Shown here: positions 8,768 through 18,418 of the stretch, piece after piece
Layout of the letters: every line of letters starts with the position of its first letter
How positions within the stretch are numbered: position 1 is the first letter of the stretch
Source of the DNA: Candidatus Poseidoniales archaeon
Lineage (GTDB): Archaea > Thermoplasmatota > Poseidoniia > Poseidoniales > Thalassarchaeaceae
Assembly (NCBI GenBank): GCA_028283505.1
Contig: JAPOFX010000003.1
Location: 68,125-132,124 of the forward strand
Reading direction: 5' to 3'
Length of the DNA: 64,000 nucleotides
Program-made: the position numbers and the translations under genes
The notes under the pieces: generated by a model
Told to the model about the DNA's origin: nothing
Databases searched by the model: none
Seen by the model: the letters and a program-made list of their open reading frames with translations, nothing else

Positions 8768-9427
8768 CTACTTTACCTTGCCAACGTCATCTGGCTTTCT
8801 AGAGAAACCCTGTGCATCATCATACATTTCCTCAAATCCGTGATACCTGAGATTGTGATGCTTCTGCAGAGGATGATATCCAGTTGGGGTCTCATGAGGC
8901 TGTAAGACTCGTCTCATCCCCTCATGACCTTCGAAGTCGATGCCCACCAAGTCCCATGTTTCCTTTTCGTTCCAATCTGCACCTACCCATAAATCTTGGA
9001 TGCTTGGGACGGATGGAGTCCTAGTGTCTGGTATTGCAATACTTACCTCTATCTCTAGGGGAACCATTTTGCCTTTCACTGAGGTAGGATCGGTAATTAT
9101 CGGTTGTTGAACTCCATCGATTTCAGGGGGATTCTTCACTCCTGTTCGGAGAAAGTGGTACACTACTTCCCACTTCTTCTCTGAAGGCCCTTCGGGCCAG
9201 TGAATCCCAGTTATCATGGAGCAATAATCTACTTGGTGGGTGCTATGTAGCTTCTCGGCTAGACCTCTCCAGTTTTCTGGGTTGCATTTCACTGAAATGG
9301 TCCATCTTGGACTGGTTCCGCTGGACCTTTCCACTACCTCTGCCTCAGAGCCCTTTATCCTGCTGATCGCAGAGGCCGTCTTTTCCGCTGCTTCCTTCTG
9401 CATGGAGGAGGGGACTACTCGAGACAT
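8768..9427 (-). CDS. nuoC: NADH-quinone oxidoreductase subunit C (30-kDa)
   Basis: Motifs: WEVVYHFLR, ADWNEKETWDLVGIDFEGHEGMRRVL. It sits between nuoB and nuoD. Confidence 0.85.
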   Translation of the reverse strand: MSRVVPSSMQKEAAEKTASAISRIKGSEAEVVERSSGTSPRWTISVKCNPENWRGLAEKLHSTHQVDYCSMITGIHWPEGPSEKKWEVVYHFLRTGVKNPPEIDGVQQPIITDPTSVKGKMVPLEIEVSIAIPDTRTPSVPSIQDLWVGADWNEKETWDLVGIDFEGHEGMRRVLQPHETPTGYHPLQKHHNLRYHGFEEMYDDAQGFSRKPDDVGKVK

Positions 9428-9431
9428 TGTA

Positions 9432-10028
9432 TCATAGGTCTCCTGTAATTAACGGCCTTTGAGTGGCTGGACGATCACTGCTGGGTTTGGCTCCTATCCT
9501 GATGATTTTCTGGCGAAGTTTGTCGAATCCATCTATTAGTGCTTCGGGCCTTGGGGGGCATCCAGGAATGTAGACATCAACTGGAATTACCGTATCGACA
9601 CCTTCCAGGATATTGTATGACTGGAAGTATGGTCCACCAGATATTGCGCACTCGCCCATAGCGATGCACCACTTTGGCTCTGGCATCTGCTCCCAGAGCC
9701 TCACTATTGGATCTGCAAATTTCTTGCTTATTGGGCCATTTACCAAGAGAACATCACACTGTCTGGGGCTCGATCTGAAAAATACTCCAAATCTCTCTGC
9801 GTCAAAACGACTCGCCCCGGCAGCGGCCATCTCTAGAGCGCAGCATTTGATACCCAAATGAAGTGGGAATAGAGATTTTCTTTGGCCCCAATTGAAAACC
9901 CTGCCAGCTAGAACTCCGATTATGTCCTTGATTCTACTTGCCTTCAGAGCTTCATCTGTGATATCGCCAACTGTATCTACAAGCATTCTGCTATTGAAAA
10001 CTGCATAGTTCTGATCCTCATCCGCCAT
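9432..10028 (-). CDS. nuoB: NADH-quinone oxidoreductase subunit B (20-kDa, N2 cluster)
   Basis: Motifs: GIKCCALEM, CIAMGECAISGGPY, YIPGCPPRPEAL. I prefer the ATG at 10028 (MADEDQ...) because GAGGTGA lies about 6 nt upstream and it follows the nuoA stop at 10039. The track start at 10082 would overlap nuoA. Confidence 0.9.
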   Translation of the reverse strand: MADEDQNYAVFNSRMLVDTVGDITDEALKASRIKDIIGVLAGRVFNWGQRKSLFPLHLGIKCCALEMAAAGASRFDAERFGVFFRSSPRQCDVLLVNGPISKKFADPIVRLWEQMPEPKWCIAMGECAISGGPYFQSYNILEGVDTVIPVDVYIPGCPPRPEALIDGFDKLRQKIIRIGAKPSSDRPATQRPLITGDL

Positions 10029-10038
10029 AGAACTCACC

Positions 10039-10488
10039 TCAGATGTAGATTCTGCCTCTCTTTCGGAAGACATGCCACACACCGGCTCCCATTAGTACAA
10101 TGAAAACAGTCAGTGTACCCAAGGAACTGTAGATTGATATAGCTCCGTCTTGAATTACTAGGATGCCACCGAATGCTAGGAACATGAATGCGATATCGAA
10201 CACAAGGAATATGATTGCGTACCAGTAGTATTGGAAGTGGAAATTAATATGAGCGTCTCCAACTGGATCAGCACCGCACTCGTATGTGGATTCTCTCCTT
10301 GTGTACAGGGATTGATCTGACTCATAACCGGGAAGCAACCAGGAGCTCAGTTTATTGGGGTCATTTCCAGTTTTCCTAGGCCTCAAGAAGCCCGATCCAA
10401 CGAAGCTCAGAACAGGGAAACCTATGCCAACGAGGGCCATAACAGCCACTGCGAGATAGGCCTCTGGAACTGTGGACAAGACTAACAC
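10039..10488 (-). CDS. nuoA: NADH-quinone oxidoreductase subunit A
   Basis: 149 aa with 3 TM helices and the STYECGADPVG motif (the YECG element of NuoA). First gene of the operon, with a GTG start at 10488. Confidence 0.75.
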   Translation of the reverse strand: MLVLSTVPEAYLAVAVMALVGIGFPVLSFVGSGFLRPRKTGNDPNKLSSWLLPGYESDQSLYTRRESTYECGADPVGDAHINFHFQYYWYAIIFLVFDIAFMFLAFGGILVIQDGAISIYSSLGTLTVFIVLMGAGVWHVFRKRGRIYI

Positions 10489-10492
10489 CCGC

Positions 10493-10509
10493 CGGTCCCG
10501 TAGGGACCG
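10493..10509 (-). promoter_or_regulatory. Perfect 7-bp stem / 3-nt loop hairpin (CGGTCCC-GTA-GGGACCG) 5 nt upstream of the nuoA start
   Basis: Read directly from the sequence. It lies in the 81-bp spacer between the 896-aa surface-protein gene and nuoA. It could be a terminator or processing site for the upstream gene, or a 5'-UTR element of nuo. Confidence 0.3.
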
Positions 10510-10569
10510 TTGACATGTGCCACCTGAAATTGGGCAATAAGCCTATCCGGTGAAGACTCACCAATCCAC

Positions 10570-13260
10570 CTAAGACTCATCCTGTTCAAGAGCTCGGACT
10601 ATCCTCTTGTTTTCTGACCTGGAACGCATGAAAAGGACGATTACGAGTAGCGCGCCAAATCCGGTTAGCCCATACACTAGTATGTCCTGCATCTCTTGTG
10701 AGAGATCTAGGAATGAATCAGATTTGACCGAATTCACTGTGAGCTCTATTGGCTGACCTGCTACGGGGATTCCCTCTGGCTGAGCTATAACAGTGAATCT
10801 GTAAGAGTCGTCATCCAGTAGTTGGGATGGTGGCGTTGCCCTTACCTGGATCTCTCTGGTCTCTCCTGGGGGAAGCTTGAATTCATCCTCGATAATGTCT
10901 ATTGTCCATCCCCTTAGAGACTCTCCAGATATTATCTCAATGTCCTCAACCACATTGCCGTTGTTTGTCACGAACAATGAGAAAATGGCCTTTTCTGGGT
11001 AATCGACTGTTTGCTCGCTATCACCTTCTAGGGCGAATATGATATCATGTATGGTCATCACTTGAATCATTAAATCCACCGAGGTGGTCTCGGCTGCATT
11101 TCTCTCTGAGGCTGCTGAAACCTTGATTATCCCTGATACTCCATTGGAAACTCCCTCCATGACTTCCATCCGCACCTCTACTAGTATCCTACCATCTTTT
11201 GGAATCTGAATGGAGTTGTCGATCTCGACTCCTTCTACCAAGATACTTCTGGAAACCGATGACTCAAGTCCTGTGATAGTAATCACAGCAGTGTCTCCTG
11301 CGGGGTAGTCTCCGGTATTATCAATCCAGAAGTAGGTTGATAGCCTTCCGCCAGGAGGAAGTATGACTTCCATCTGACTGGGGTCCTCACCTGGTGACTG
11401 GGGTGAGACAGCCATTCCGTAGTTGTAGTTGGAAACAACTACTGTCACAGTGTGTTCAGAGGATTCGCTGGTGCCGAAGATTGCTACTCTGGCGAGGACG
11501 CGTGCCGAGTCTGCATCTTCCTCACCTTCCACTAGGACGTCTAGATATATCTGAGTTGATTGCCCTGGATCTAAGGCTAATTGTGTGATAGAATTACCAT
11601 CAGAGTCGGAAAATGATGATTGCCACATTGGGCTTCCACATCCAGTTTGATCCCCGGGGTCACAAGCTTGGAGTCTGAATGTGTCTCTGATATTGCCCTC
11701 GTTAGTGATCAGGAGGGGGAATTTGACGATCTGATTAGACCTCCCCGTCTGTTGGTCGGAGACCATGGTTGTTGAGACTTCATGCCTGGGAGCAACTGAT
11801 ACTGTTAGATCCTTGGAGTCGTATGGAGTTGATCCTCCTCCTCTTCCGATGGTGAATGAGATAACGGCATCTGATTCGGCACTGGCGTCTTCAGGAACGA
11901 ATACGTCTACCCCTACTGTCTCCTTATTATTGGACGACTGAGAGCTACCTAATGTTACTGATGACTTTGAAAATGAAACCTGCCAACCAGGAGGTACTCC
12001 TGATGTCCCAAGAGCCATGGTTTCCTGACCATTTCCTTGATTTGTGATCTGGATTGAAAGGGTTCCTGAGGTGCCGGGCTCTACATTTGAAAGAGTCGAC
12101 TTGCTTAGTGCCATAGATGCGCCAAATTCCTGTCCGACAGTCACGGTGAGTATCTTCTCACAGCCAATCTCAGAGCCGGCTCTTCCCTGTATTCCTATGG
12201 CGACTTGGGTTCCAGCTTCGAGAGAGTCATCGGGAGTTACATCGAACGTGAAAGTATGGGCATCATCGGAGGACCCTGGCTCTGTTAGCAGTTTACTCCG
12301 AGGGCTGTCAAACTCTATCCAGCCTGAAATATCTTCACCGTCTACAGACTGGGCATTTGCTGTGACGGTCCACTCTGTGTTTCCGATGTTCTCAACTTCG
12401 ATGGAGTTTGATGCCTGTTCTCCCGGGTCAAGATTGTGCGAGCTGTACTGTAGAGAAGCATCGCATTCTTTTATTTCAGGTACATTGAGGCTGAGGGTCA
12501 GGTTATCTTCAGCTTGGTCGGCGGCATTCGGATCGTTGGTGACGGTTGCCTTGAGAATGAAACAATGTGAGCCTGCGTCAGTCTCTGCGCCGTTCGGCAT
12601 ATCAATGGTGACAGTTACTTCTTGTTGATCTTCTGGCTCAAGCTGTAGGACTGACGGATCAACGGTTGCTGATAATTCATCAGATTCGCAGTCACTATCA
12701 GATGTCATCTCAAGTTGTACATTCGCCTGTTGTTCCCCATTGTTTTCAACGTCGACGTCCCAAGTGACTTCATTATCCTCTCCGTCGTAGTTCTTGGTCG
12801 TTGATTCGTCTGTTGAAAGGCTGACCGAGTAAAGACCACCTCCATCACCTGCAGTAGTGACGACGGTTACATCCGCATTTGAAGGGGTTCCTGGGGCTCC
12901 ACCAGATACTTGGCCCTGGGCGTTTACAGTTGTCTCGCATTCACCGCTGGCCTGCTCAGTCACGGTGACAGTCAATGTTACCTGCTCAGAAGACTGGGAA
13001 CCTACTTGGACAAAGGTCGTCTCTAAGGTTGAGGTGAATCCGTTACAATCATTCCCTTGTTGTGTGCTCAAGGACACAGCGGCGTCGTCATCCCCTGTAT
13101 TTCTTACCAATATGTTGTATTCTGCAGCCTCATCTGGAGAGGCCTCTGCAGATGAGGGATTAGCTGAGAGGGAAATATCCACATCTGCAGAAACAACGGT
13201 TGCAGACATGCTAAGGAGCATAATCACGATTAGTACCGTCAGGGGACTCTTGCTTTCCAT
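10570..13260 (-). CDS. Secreted, C-terminally TM-anchored surface protein with about 7 CARDB/NEW3-like Ig repeats (S-layer/adhesin-like)
   Basis: Signal peptide: MESKSPLTVLIVIMLLSMSATVVSADV. Recurring strand motifs about every 110-120 aa: VRNTGDDD, VENNGEQQ, VENIGNTE, ITNQGNGQ, ITNEGNIR, IDNTGDYP, VTNNGNVV. C-terminal TM helix ILVYGLTGFGALLVIVLF followed by a basic tail. Very acidic overall. Confidence 0.7.
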   Translation of the reverse strand: MESKSPLTVLIVIMLLSMSATVVSADVDISLSANPSSAEASPDEAAEYNILVRNTGDDDAAVSLSTQQGNDCNGFTSTLETTFVQVGSQSSEQVTLTVTVTEQASGECETTVNAQGQVSGGAPGTPSNADVTVVTTAGDGGGLYSVSLSTDESTTKNYDGEDNEVTWDVDVENNGEQQANVQLEMTSDSDCESDELSATVDPSVLQLEPEDQQEVTVTIDMPNGAETDAGSHCFILKATVTNDPNAADQAEDNLTLSLNVPEIKECDASLQYSSHNLDPGEQASNSIEVENIGNTEWTVTANAQSVDGEDISGWIEFDSPRSKLLTEPGSSDDAHTFTFDVTPDDSLEAGTQVAIGIQGRAGSEIGCEKILTVTVGQEFGASMALSKSTLSNVEPGTSGTLSIQITNQGNGQETMALGTSGVPPGWQVSFSKSSVTLGSSQSSNNKETVGVDVFVPEDASAESDAVISFTIGRGGGSTPYDSKDLTVSVAPRHEVSTTMVSDQQTGRSNQIVKFPLLITNEGNIRDTFRLQACDPGDQTGCGSPMWQSSFSDSDGNSITQLALDPGQSTQIYLDVLVEGEEDADSARVLARVAIFGTSESSEHTVTVVVSNYNYGMAVSPQSPGEDPSQMEVILPPGGRLSTYFWIDNTGDYPAGDTAVITITGLESSVSRSILVEGVEIDNSIQIPKDGRILVEVRMEVMEGVSNGVSGIIKVSAASERNAAETTSVDLMIQVMTIHDIIFALEGDSEQTVDYPEKAIFSLFVTNNGNVVEDIEIISGESLRGWTIDIIEDEFKLPPGETREIQVRATPPSQLLDDDSYRFTVIAQPEGIPVAGQPIELTVNSVKSDSFLDLSQEMQDILVYGLTGFGALLVIVLFMRSRSENKRIVRALEQDES

Positions 13261-13324
13261 TGCTTTTCGGATACTGCCGACCCTCTAAGGCCTTCGCACC
13301 CATTGCTCACTCTGGGAGCAGTTA

Positions 13325-16300
13325 TCAAGCCTCAACTAGTTCTTCAACAAGGGCATCGCAATGGAGGCATCTGCCCATGGATACAATGTCGCACCCAGAG
13401 ACTTGGTTGGCCTTGTGATATCTCGCCCCACAAACTGAGCATGCCCATGCATCGCCCACAATGACATCGGTACTACAGATCCAACAGGGAACTCCACTAC
13501 TGGTTGATTCACCGGTTTCCACAGCCTCGCTCTTTCTGGTGGTTGATCTGCTCTTGATTATGCTCGATGGGCTTCCATTAGCCTTCACGTAAACAAACGT
13601 GCCCAATCCAGATAGGACAGCAATAATCAAAGTACCGAGGATTAAGGGGAGGTATGATCCCAAGTCTGAGTCACTTCCGAGTGACGGCATTACATCCACC
13701 TGGATTTCAAATGTAGATCCCTCTACATTTTGGGCGTTGATTAGATTTAGGGAAATCGTGGCATCTTGCGCTCCGGGTGTGAATTCCAGAATCATTCCCC
13801 TTGATTCTCCAGGTGCGAGTACGACTCTTACTCCATCGGTTGTCCTAGCACCCCATGATTCAGGGGCATCCACGTCAAGAGTATGCGAGACATCCGAGTT
13901 TCCAGTATTAGTAATATCGATTCTGTATGTTGATTTGTAGCCCTCATGGGCAATTGGCTCCGAATTAAGCGTCCATGATAATTTCGGAGAATCTTCAACC
14001 AAGAGAGACTTTGTGTCTCTAATTTCAATACCATCACCTTCCATTATTAGTGAGATTGTTGGTTCAGTTCCAGCGGGTTCATCATCTGGAATGACTACGA
14101 GACATTCTACGATATCTGATTCGCCTGGTGCTAGAGATGAGGGGGATGTGCATCCATATGACCAATCTTGGGCTGGAAGTTCCATCGTTGTTGTGGGCCT
14201 CCATACTCCGGCTCCTTCATTCCATACCGTCCAGTGCAAATCAAACCCAGGGTCTCCAACGGGATGTTCTCCCACTCCCAGGATTTCGTCTGAGGAAGAT
14301 CCATCTGGGAGGTATATTTGATGGAAGGAAAGCCCTGGAGAGGCTGCCGATAGGACCTCTACTGTAGTATTCCAGTCAATTTTGAAACCATCTGGAGTTG
14401 CCATACGAACTTGAATCAGACCACCAGTAGCTAGTCCATTTCCTTGTAGTATCATTGCCCAATTTACAGATTGTCCCGCTGGGACCGTCAGAGGATCGAT
14501 TTCAACAACGTTCCAACCACCGGGAGATGCCATGAGGTATGGAGTAAGATCCCAGTCCCTATTTCCTGAATTCTGAATTGAAAACTCAATCTCCAAGATC
14601 GCGTCTGGGGCGATTTCTGAAATTACTCCTCCTGGTTGTGGGGACAGGGAGAATTCGTCAACTGGTCCAACTATCAAGAATATATCTTGAGTCCAGGAAA
14701 TGGAGCTTACTCTGGAATGTACAATTATGGCCGCTTCGAATGTGGTACCTTCTGGTATCATTGCCCCTGGCGGGTTTATGGTGATGTCTATTGTCCTGCT
14801 TGACTGCTTTTGCAGAGTCCCTGTGGACCCATGAGACGAGCCTTCGAATGCACCTATTGAGTCAAGCCCTAAATGCCATCCAGCGGGAGACACCAATTCT
14901 ACGTCATAGGACTGGGCGCCGTTTCCCTCGTTCAGAATAGTGATCTGAGTGTTTGTGGCATCAAAGGGGCTGACGAGTATCTGCTCGTTCAGTAACTGGA
15001 TGTTCGCCTCAGCAAGTACAGGGACCTCGAAGTAGAGTAATGTCTCCGACAGGATATCATTCTCAACGTCGTAGCCGGAGAGTGTCATCGAGTAGATACC
15101 CGGCGGAGGGGGTGCAGGGTGTACCATTGTCATCCCAACGGACACTTCTTCAGTGGGCATCAGATTGAACGTGTTTGAGGTGAATGATTGGAACCATCCG
15201 AACTGTGTTCCATCCTGCACTCTGGTCGGCTCAGATACCGAGATAGTGGCGTTGGTCTCAAATATGGCTGTGTTGGTAAGGGTTAGTTCCCAAGTTGAAG
15301 TTGTAGTAGACGCATCTACCAGAGTCACAGTGTCCTCAACGGCGGAAACCTTTACTCCTGGAGCGCTTACAGTGACTATCTCTCCGAAGTAATTATTTGA
15401 TTCCGACATCTCATCGAATTGATTGTTTGGATCTATGAAGAATTCGAATGACGTATCTCCCTCGGAATCAGGGGTCCATGACCAAACTAAATCATCCGTC
15501 TCCCCGGGGGAGAGTGAAATTAATTGCTCGGCTAGGAAAGCTGAGTTAACTCTGGCCATCACTGGAAAGTCGATTGCGGAGCCGGCTCCGAGATTCTTCA
15601 CCGAGACCGTTACCTGAACCTCCTCACCCACTTGAGGAATGGGTGTGGAAAGATTCATTGAATCTGGAACGAACGTCGGATCCGGGCTTAGATCGTTGAC
15701 ATTGTGCCCCCTTACGGCAATTGAGAATGGTTGCCATGTGCGAGAACCGCCGTGTTGCGAGTCCTTTACTCTGATTGTCCATATTCCCTGGGCGGTACTG
15801 TCCAATGCGACAACCTCTACGTTATTGACAGAATCCTTGCTACCTCCCTGAGTAGATCTGCCATTAGTGAACACATTACCCTTGTAGGTGGCCCCATCTG
15901 GAGAGATTACCTCTAAGTCCAGATCGTTCCTCAATTGAATGGTAGAGCTGGAGGAACCTGGATAATCGGACCAGGTTAGCACTGCCTTGAACTCATTGCC
16001 GGGCGAATTTACATCAAAGGTGTACTCAATTACCTCCCCACTCTTGATTCTCGATCGGTCATCAACGAAGATTCCTACCTCCCCCTCCGGTATGAGAGAC
16101 TGAACCAAATCTATCCTTCCCCATCCTTCATCGTCGTTTGGGATATCTCTGGCCCCCATATCCTTGGCTCCAAGGATCAGGAGAGCCTTTACCAATGATC
16201 CCTGAGGAGCCTGCCTCCCAATCACTTCGGTTAGGTACTCTCTGACTAGGGCCGAAGAACCCGCTGCGGCTGGTGTGGCCATCGACGTTCCGCTGTATTC

Positions 16301-17803
16301 CATATACCAAGTATTAGACCACGATCCTCCTGCAGAGCTAGCTTCCTGTGCTTTGCACGACCGTACGTAGTCCCCGGGGGCCACTAGATCCGGTTTTATT
16401 CGGCCATCATCAGTGGGGCCCCTACTGCTCCAGTAGTACATTTCGTCGGGTGCGCCACTGTACCTGTTCTTGTGACCACCAACAGTGATTACATTCTTCG
16501 CAGTCCCCGGAGAAGATACTCCATCGTCCCTTTCGTTTCCGGCCGCGAATAGTACAGTCATACCGTCATAAGACCAATACTGATCCCAAGTTGATGTTCT
16601 ATCGTCGGCATCTTCTGACTGTGTAGAGTAGTCCCCAAAACCACTTTGAGATCCCCAACTATTGGTATGGATTCTGGCTCCTGCATTGTATGCAGAATTT
16701 AGCATGGAATTAATCCCATAACTGTAGAGAGCTCCTGAATCATCATCCTCCATTGCCTGAAAGTACAATTCGGCCTCCGGGGCGACCCCTTGATAACCAC
16801 CATTGCTCCTAAATCCTGATCCAAGAACAGTACACGCAACATGCGTCCCGTGACCATCACTTGGATCCGCGGTTGATGAGTCCCCAGGGGTCACGGAGGT
16901 TACGCCTGCCAGCCTTCCGGTGAAGTCTCCGTGGTCTTGATCGAGTCCAGAGTCGCCCACTGCGACAATCTGGCCACTACCATTTAGGCCGGTTATGAAT
17001 GCATTCTCTATCGTGTTGATTCCCATGTTTATTCTTGCTTGGTCATTGTGCAGAATAAGGACTGGAAGAGGCGAGATATACGATACAGAAGGATGTGACA
17101 CTATGCGTGAGATATTAGCGAAGTCTGCCGATCCCCAAATTACTCCTGGTTCCGGGGACCAGGGCTCTGTGAGATAGCCCATTACGGCTTCAATGGAGTC
17201 CTGAAGTCCCAATCCTGGATTTTTGAGGCGAGACATGTCATCGCCCTTCCATCCGATTACCTCGATCATCAATTCTTGGGATTGGGTGGGGAATCTTAGT
17301 GATGGATGAATTAAGAGTCCGCTGGGAACCTCATGAACAGAGGTAATTGACTCCAGTGACTCCAGTTCCGTGAGGGCTTTCTCGGTTCCTTGTACTAAGA
17401 ACCCAGAGGGGGGAATCATAGAACGGATGGATATGCCCCCCAACTGTAGTACATCCATTCTCGAGTCCCAGAGTCCTGTATTTCCATCAATCAGTGCGAC
17501 TGCCAGATCTACTCTTGGGATTGAGAATGACTCATCCATGAATTCACTTGGAATCAAACCATTTTGTGTGTACGTTCCTATTGTGGAATGTGCGACTACC
17601 TGCCGAATTTCTTCTGATCCCTGTGAGATGGATGGAGCTCCTAAATCCCTGATACTTCGCGGATCAGGGGAAATTTCAACCCTCTCGTAATTGATCCCTA
17701 ATCCCGAAAGTATCGACTCTTCGGAGGACTTATTTTCACCAGTAACAGGGAGATATGACAAGAGGAGCACGGCTAGCACCACAACTACGGCACGCTTTGT
17801 CAT
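13325..17803 (-). CDS. Membrane-anchored subtilisin-like serine protease (S8) with multiple Ig-like repeat domains and a cytoplasmic Cys-rich zinc-ribbon tail
   Basis: Signal peptide: MTKRAVVVVLAVLLLSYLPVTG. S8 triad motifs: VAVGDSGLD (Asp), HGTHVACTVLG (His), SGTSMATPAAAG (Ser). Repeat motifs: VKNLGAGS, ILNEGNGA, IQNSGNRD, VWNEGAGV, ITNTGNSD. TM helix: LPLILGTLIIAVLSGLGTFVYV. Tail: CWIC-x11-CSVC-x12-C-x7-CLHC. Confidence 0.85.
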   Translation of the reverse strand: MTKRAVVVVLAVLLLSYLPVTGENKSSEESILSGLGINYERVEISPDPRSIRDLGAPSISQGSEEIRQVVAHSTIGTYTQNGLIPSEFMDESFSIPRVDLAVALIDGNTGLWDSRMDVLQLGGISIRSMIPPSGFLVQGTEKALTELESLESITSVHEVPSGLLIHPSLRFPTQSQELMIEVIGWKGDDMSRLKNPGLGLQDSIEAVMGYLTEPWSPEPGVIWGSADFANISRIVSHPSVSYISPLPVLILHNDQARINMGINTIENAFITGLNGSGQIVAVGDSGLDQDHGDFTGRLAGVTSVTPGDSSTADPSDGHGTHVACTVLGSGFRSNGGYQGVAPEAELYFQAMEDDDSGALYSYGINSMLNSAYNAGARIHTNSWGSQSGFGDYSTQSEDADDRTSTWDQYWSYDGMTVLFAAGNERDDGVSSPGTAKNVITVGGHKNRYSGAPDEMYYWSSRGPTDDGRIKPDLVAPGDYVRSCKAQEASSAGGSWSNTWYMEYSGTSMATPAAAGSSALVREYLTEVIGRQAPQGSLVKALLILGAKDMGARDIPNDDEGWGRIDLVQSLIPEGEVGIFVDDRSRIKSGEVIEYTFDVNSPGNEFKAVLTWSDYPGSSSSTIQLRNDLDLEVISPDGATYKGNVFTNGRSTQGGSKDSVNNVEVVALDSTAQGIWTIRVKDSQHGGSRTWQPFSIAVRGHNVNDLSPDPTFVPDSMNLSTPIPQVGEEVQVTVSVKNLGAGSAIDFPVMARVNSAFLAEQLISLSPGETDDLVWSWTPDSEGDTSFEFFIDPNNQFDEMSESNNYFGEIVTVSAPGVKVSAVEDTVTLVDASTTTSTWELTLTNTAIFETNATISVSEPTRVQDGTQFGWFQSFTSNTFNLMPTEEVSVGMTMVHPAPPPPGIYSMTLSGYDVENDILSETLLYFEVPVLAEANIQLLNEQILVSPFDATNTQITILNEGNGAQSYDVELVSPAGWHLGLDSIGAFEGSSHGSTGTLQKQSSRTIDITINPPGAMIPEGTTFEAAIIVHSRVSSISWTQDIFLIVGPVDEFSLSPQPGGVISEIAPDAILEIEFSIQNSGNRDWDLTPYLMASPGGWNVVEIDPLTVPAGQSVNWAMILQGNGLATGGLIQVRMATPDGFKIDWNTTVEVLSAASPGLSFHQIYLPDGSSSDEILGVGEHPVGDPGFDLHWTVWNEGAGVWRPTTTMELPAQDWSYGCTSPSSLAPGESDIVECLVVIPDDEPAGTEPTISLIMEGDGIEIRDTKSLLVEDSPKLSWTLNSEPIAHEGYKSTYRIDITNTGNSDVSHTLDVDAPESWGARTTDGVRVVLAPGESRGMILEFTPGAQDATISLNLINAQNVEGSTFEIQVDVMPSLGSDSDLGSYLPLILGTLIIAVLSGLGTFVYVKANGSPSSIIKSRSTTRKSEAVETGESTSSGVPCWICSTDVIVGDAWACSVCGARYHKANQVSGCDIVSMGRCLHCDALVEELVEA

Positions 17804-17857
17804 CAGAAGTCCCCGTGACAGGAGTATTTTGAGCGTATGGGTCTCCTGAACAATTTG

Positions 17858-18418
17858 CTAGAGAATCTTTAATGGGGCCCTTAGAGTAAAGAGTTCTAGA
17901 GTCCAGGTTCCCACTTCCATAGTAGTCTTCTCGTAAACAGGTCCTCTGTAGTTATCATAGCTGAAGATTATTTCTATCGTGTAGTTCTCCCAAACCGACT
18001 CTCCGTTGACTATCATTTCAAGCTCATCTCCGGCAACAGACTTGTGAGCTGAGATCAAATCTGACTCGAAATGTATTCTTTGTATCTCAGCATCATCATC
18101 ATCCATGAAGACTATATCCAAGGAGACTGATTCTATAGCTCTGCTTCCCTGATTGTTTATCTCTGCCAGAACGATGTGACTCGAGCCGCTCTGCTTGTAG
18201 ATTACGTCTACTGAAACCCTGTCATACGGAACAAGCCAGACCAATGCCAAAACAGAGGCTGAGAGTACCAAGAGTGCAGATATAGACGCAAATACGACCC
18301 TGAATGGGGATATTTGACTGATTTTTTCCTCTATGATTTCCAAGGCTTCATGTGCGGTTTTTTCCTCGGGGGTCTCCTCGGGCTCTTTAGATAGCCTGAT
18401 TCTTTCCAAGAGACCCAT
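17858..18418 (-). CDS. Small type-II membrane protein with a single Ig-like (CARDB-type) ectodomain
   Basis: 186 aa with an acidic N-terminus and the TM helix FRVVFASISALLVLSASVLALVWLV. A beta-rich domain follows, carrying the AEINNQGSRAIESVSLDI motif. Its start overlaps the stop of the 1464-aa gene by 1 nt (TGATG at 18418). Confidence 0.55.
   Translation of the reverse strand: MGLLERIRLSKEPEETPEEKTAHEALEIIEEKISQISPFRVVFASISALLVLSASVLALVWLVPYDRVSVDVIYKQSGSSHIVLAEINNQGSRAIESVSLDIVFMDDDDAEIQRIHFESDLISAHKSVAGDELEMIVNGESVWENYTIEIIFSYDNYRGPVYEKTTMEVGTWTLELFTLRAPLKIL

Noticed and set aside
10376-10564. 62-aa minus-strand ORF spanning the nuoA start region
   Set aside because: It overlaps the nuoA N-terminus in another frame and has an Arg/Gly/Pro-rich composition. 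The spacer is better explained by the hairpin at 10493-10509.
12044-12628. 194-aa plus-strand ORF inside the 896-aa surface-protein gene, with similar antisense ORFs at 12857-13288, 19022-19483 and 19598-20050
   Set aside because: These ORFs mirror the acidic repeat proteins and translate to Ser/Pro/Val-rich low complexity. The minus-strand frames carry signal peptides, repeat motifs and anchors.
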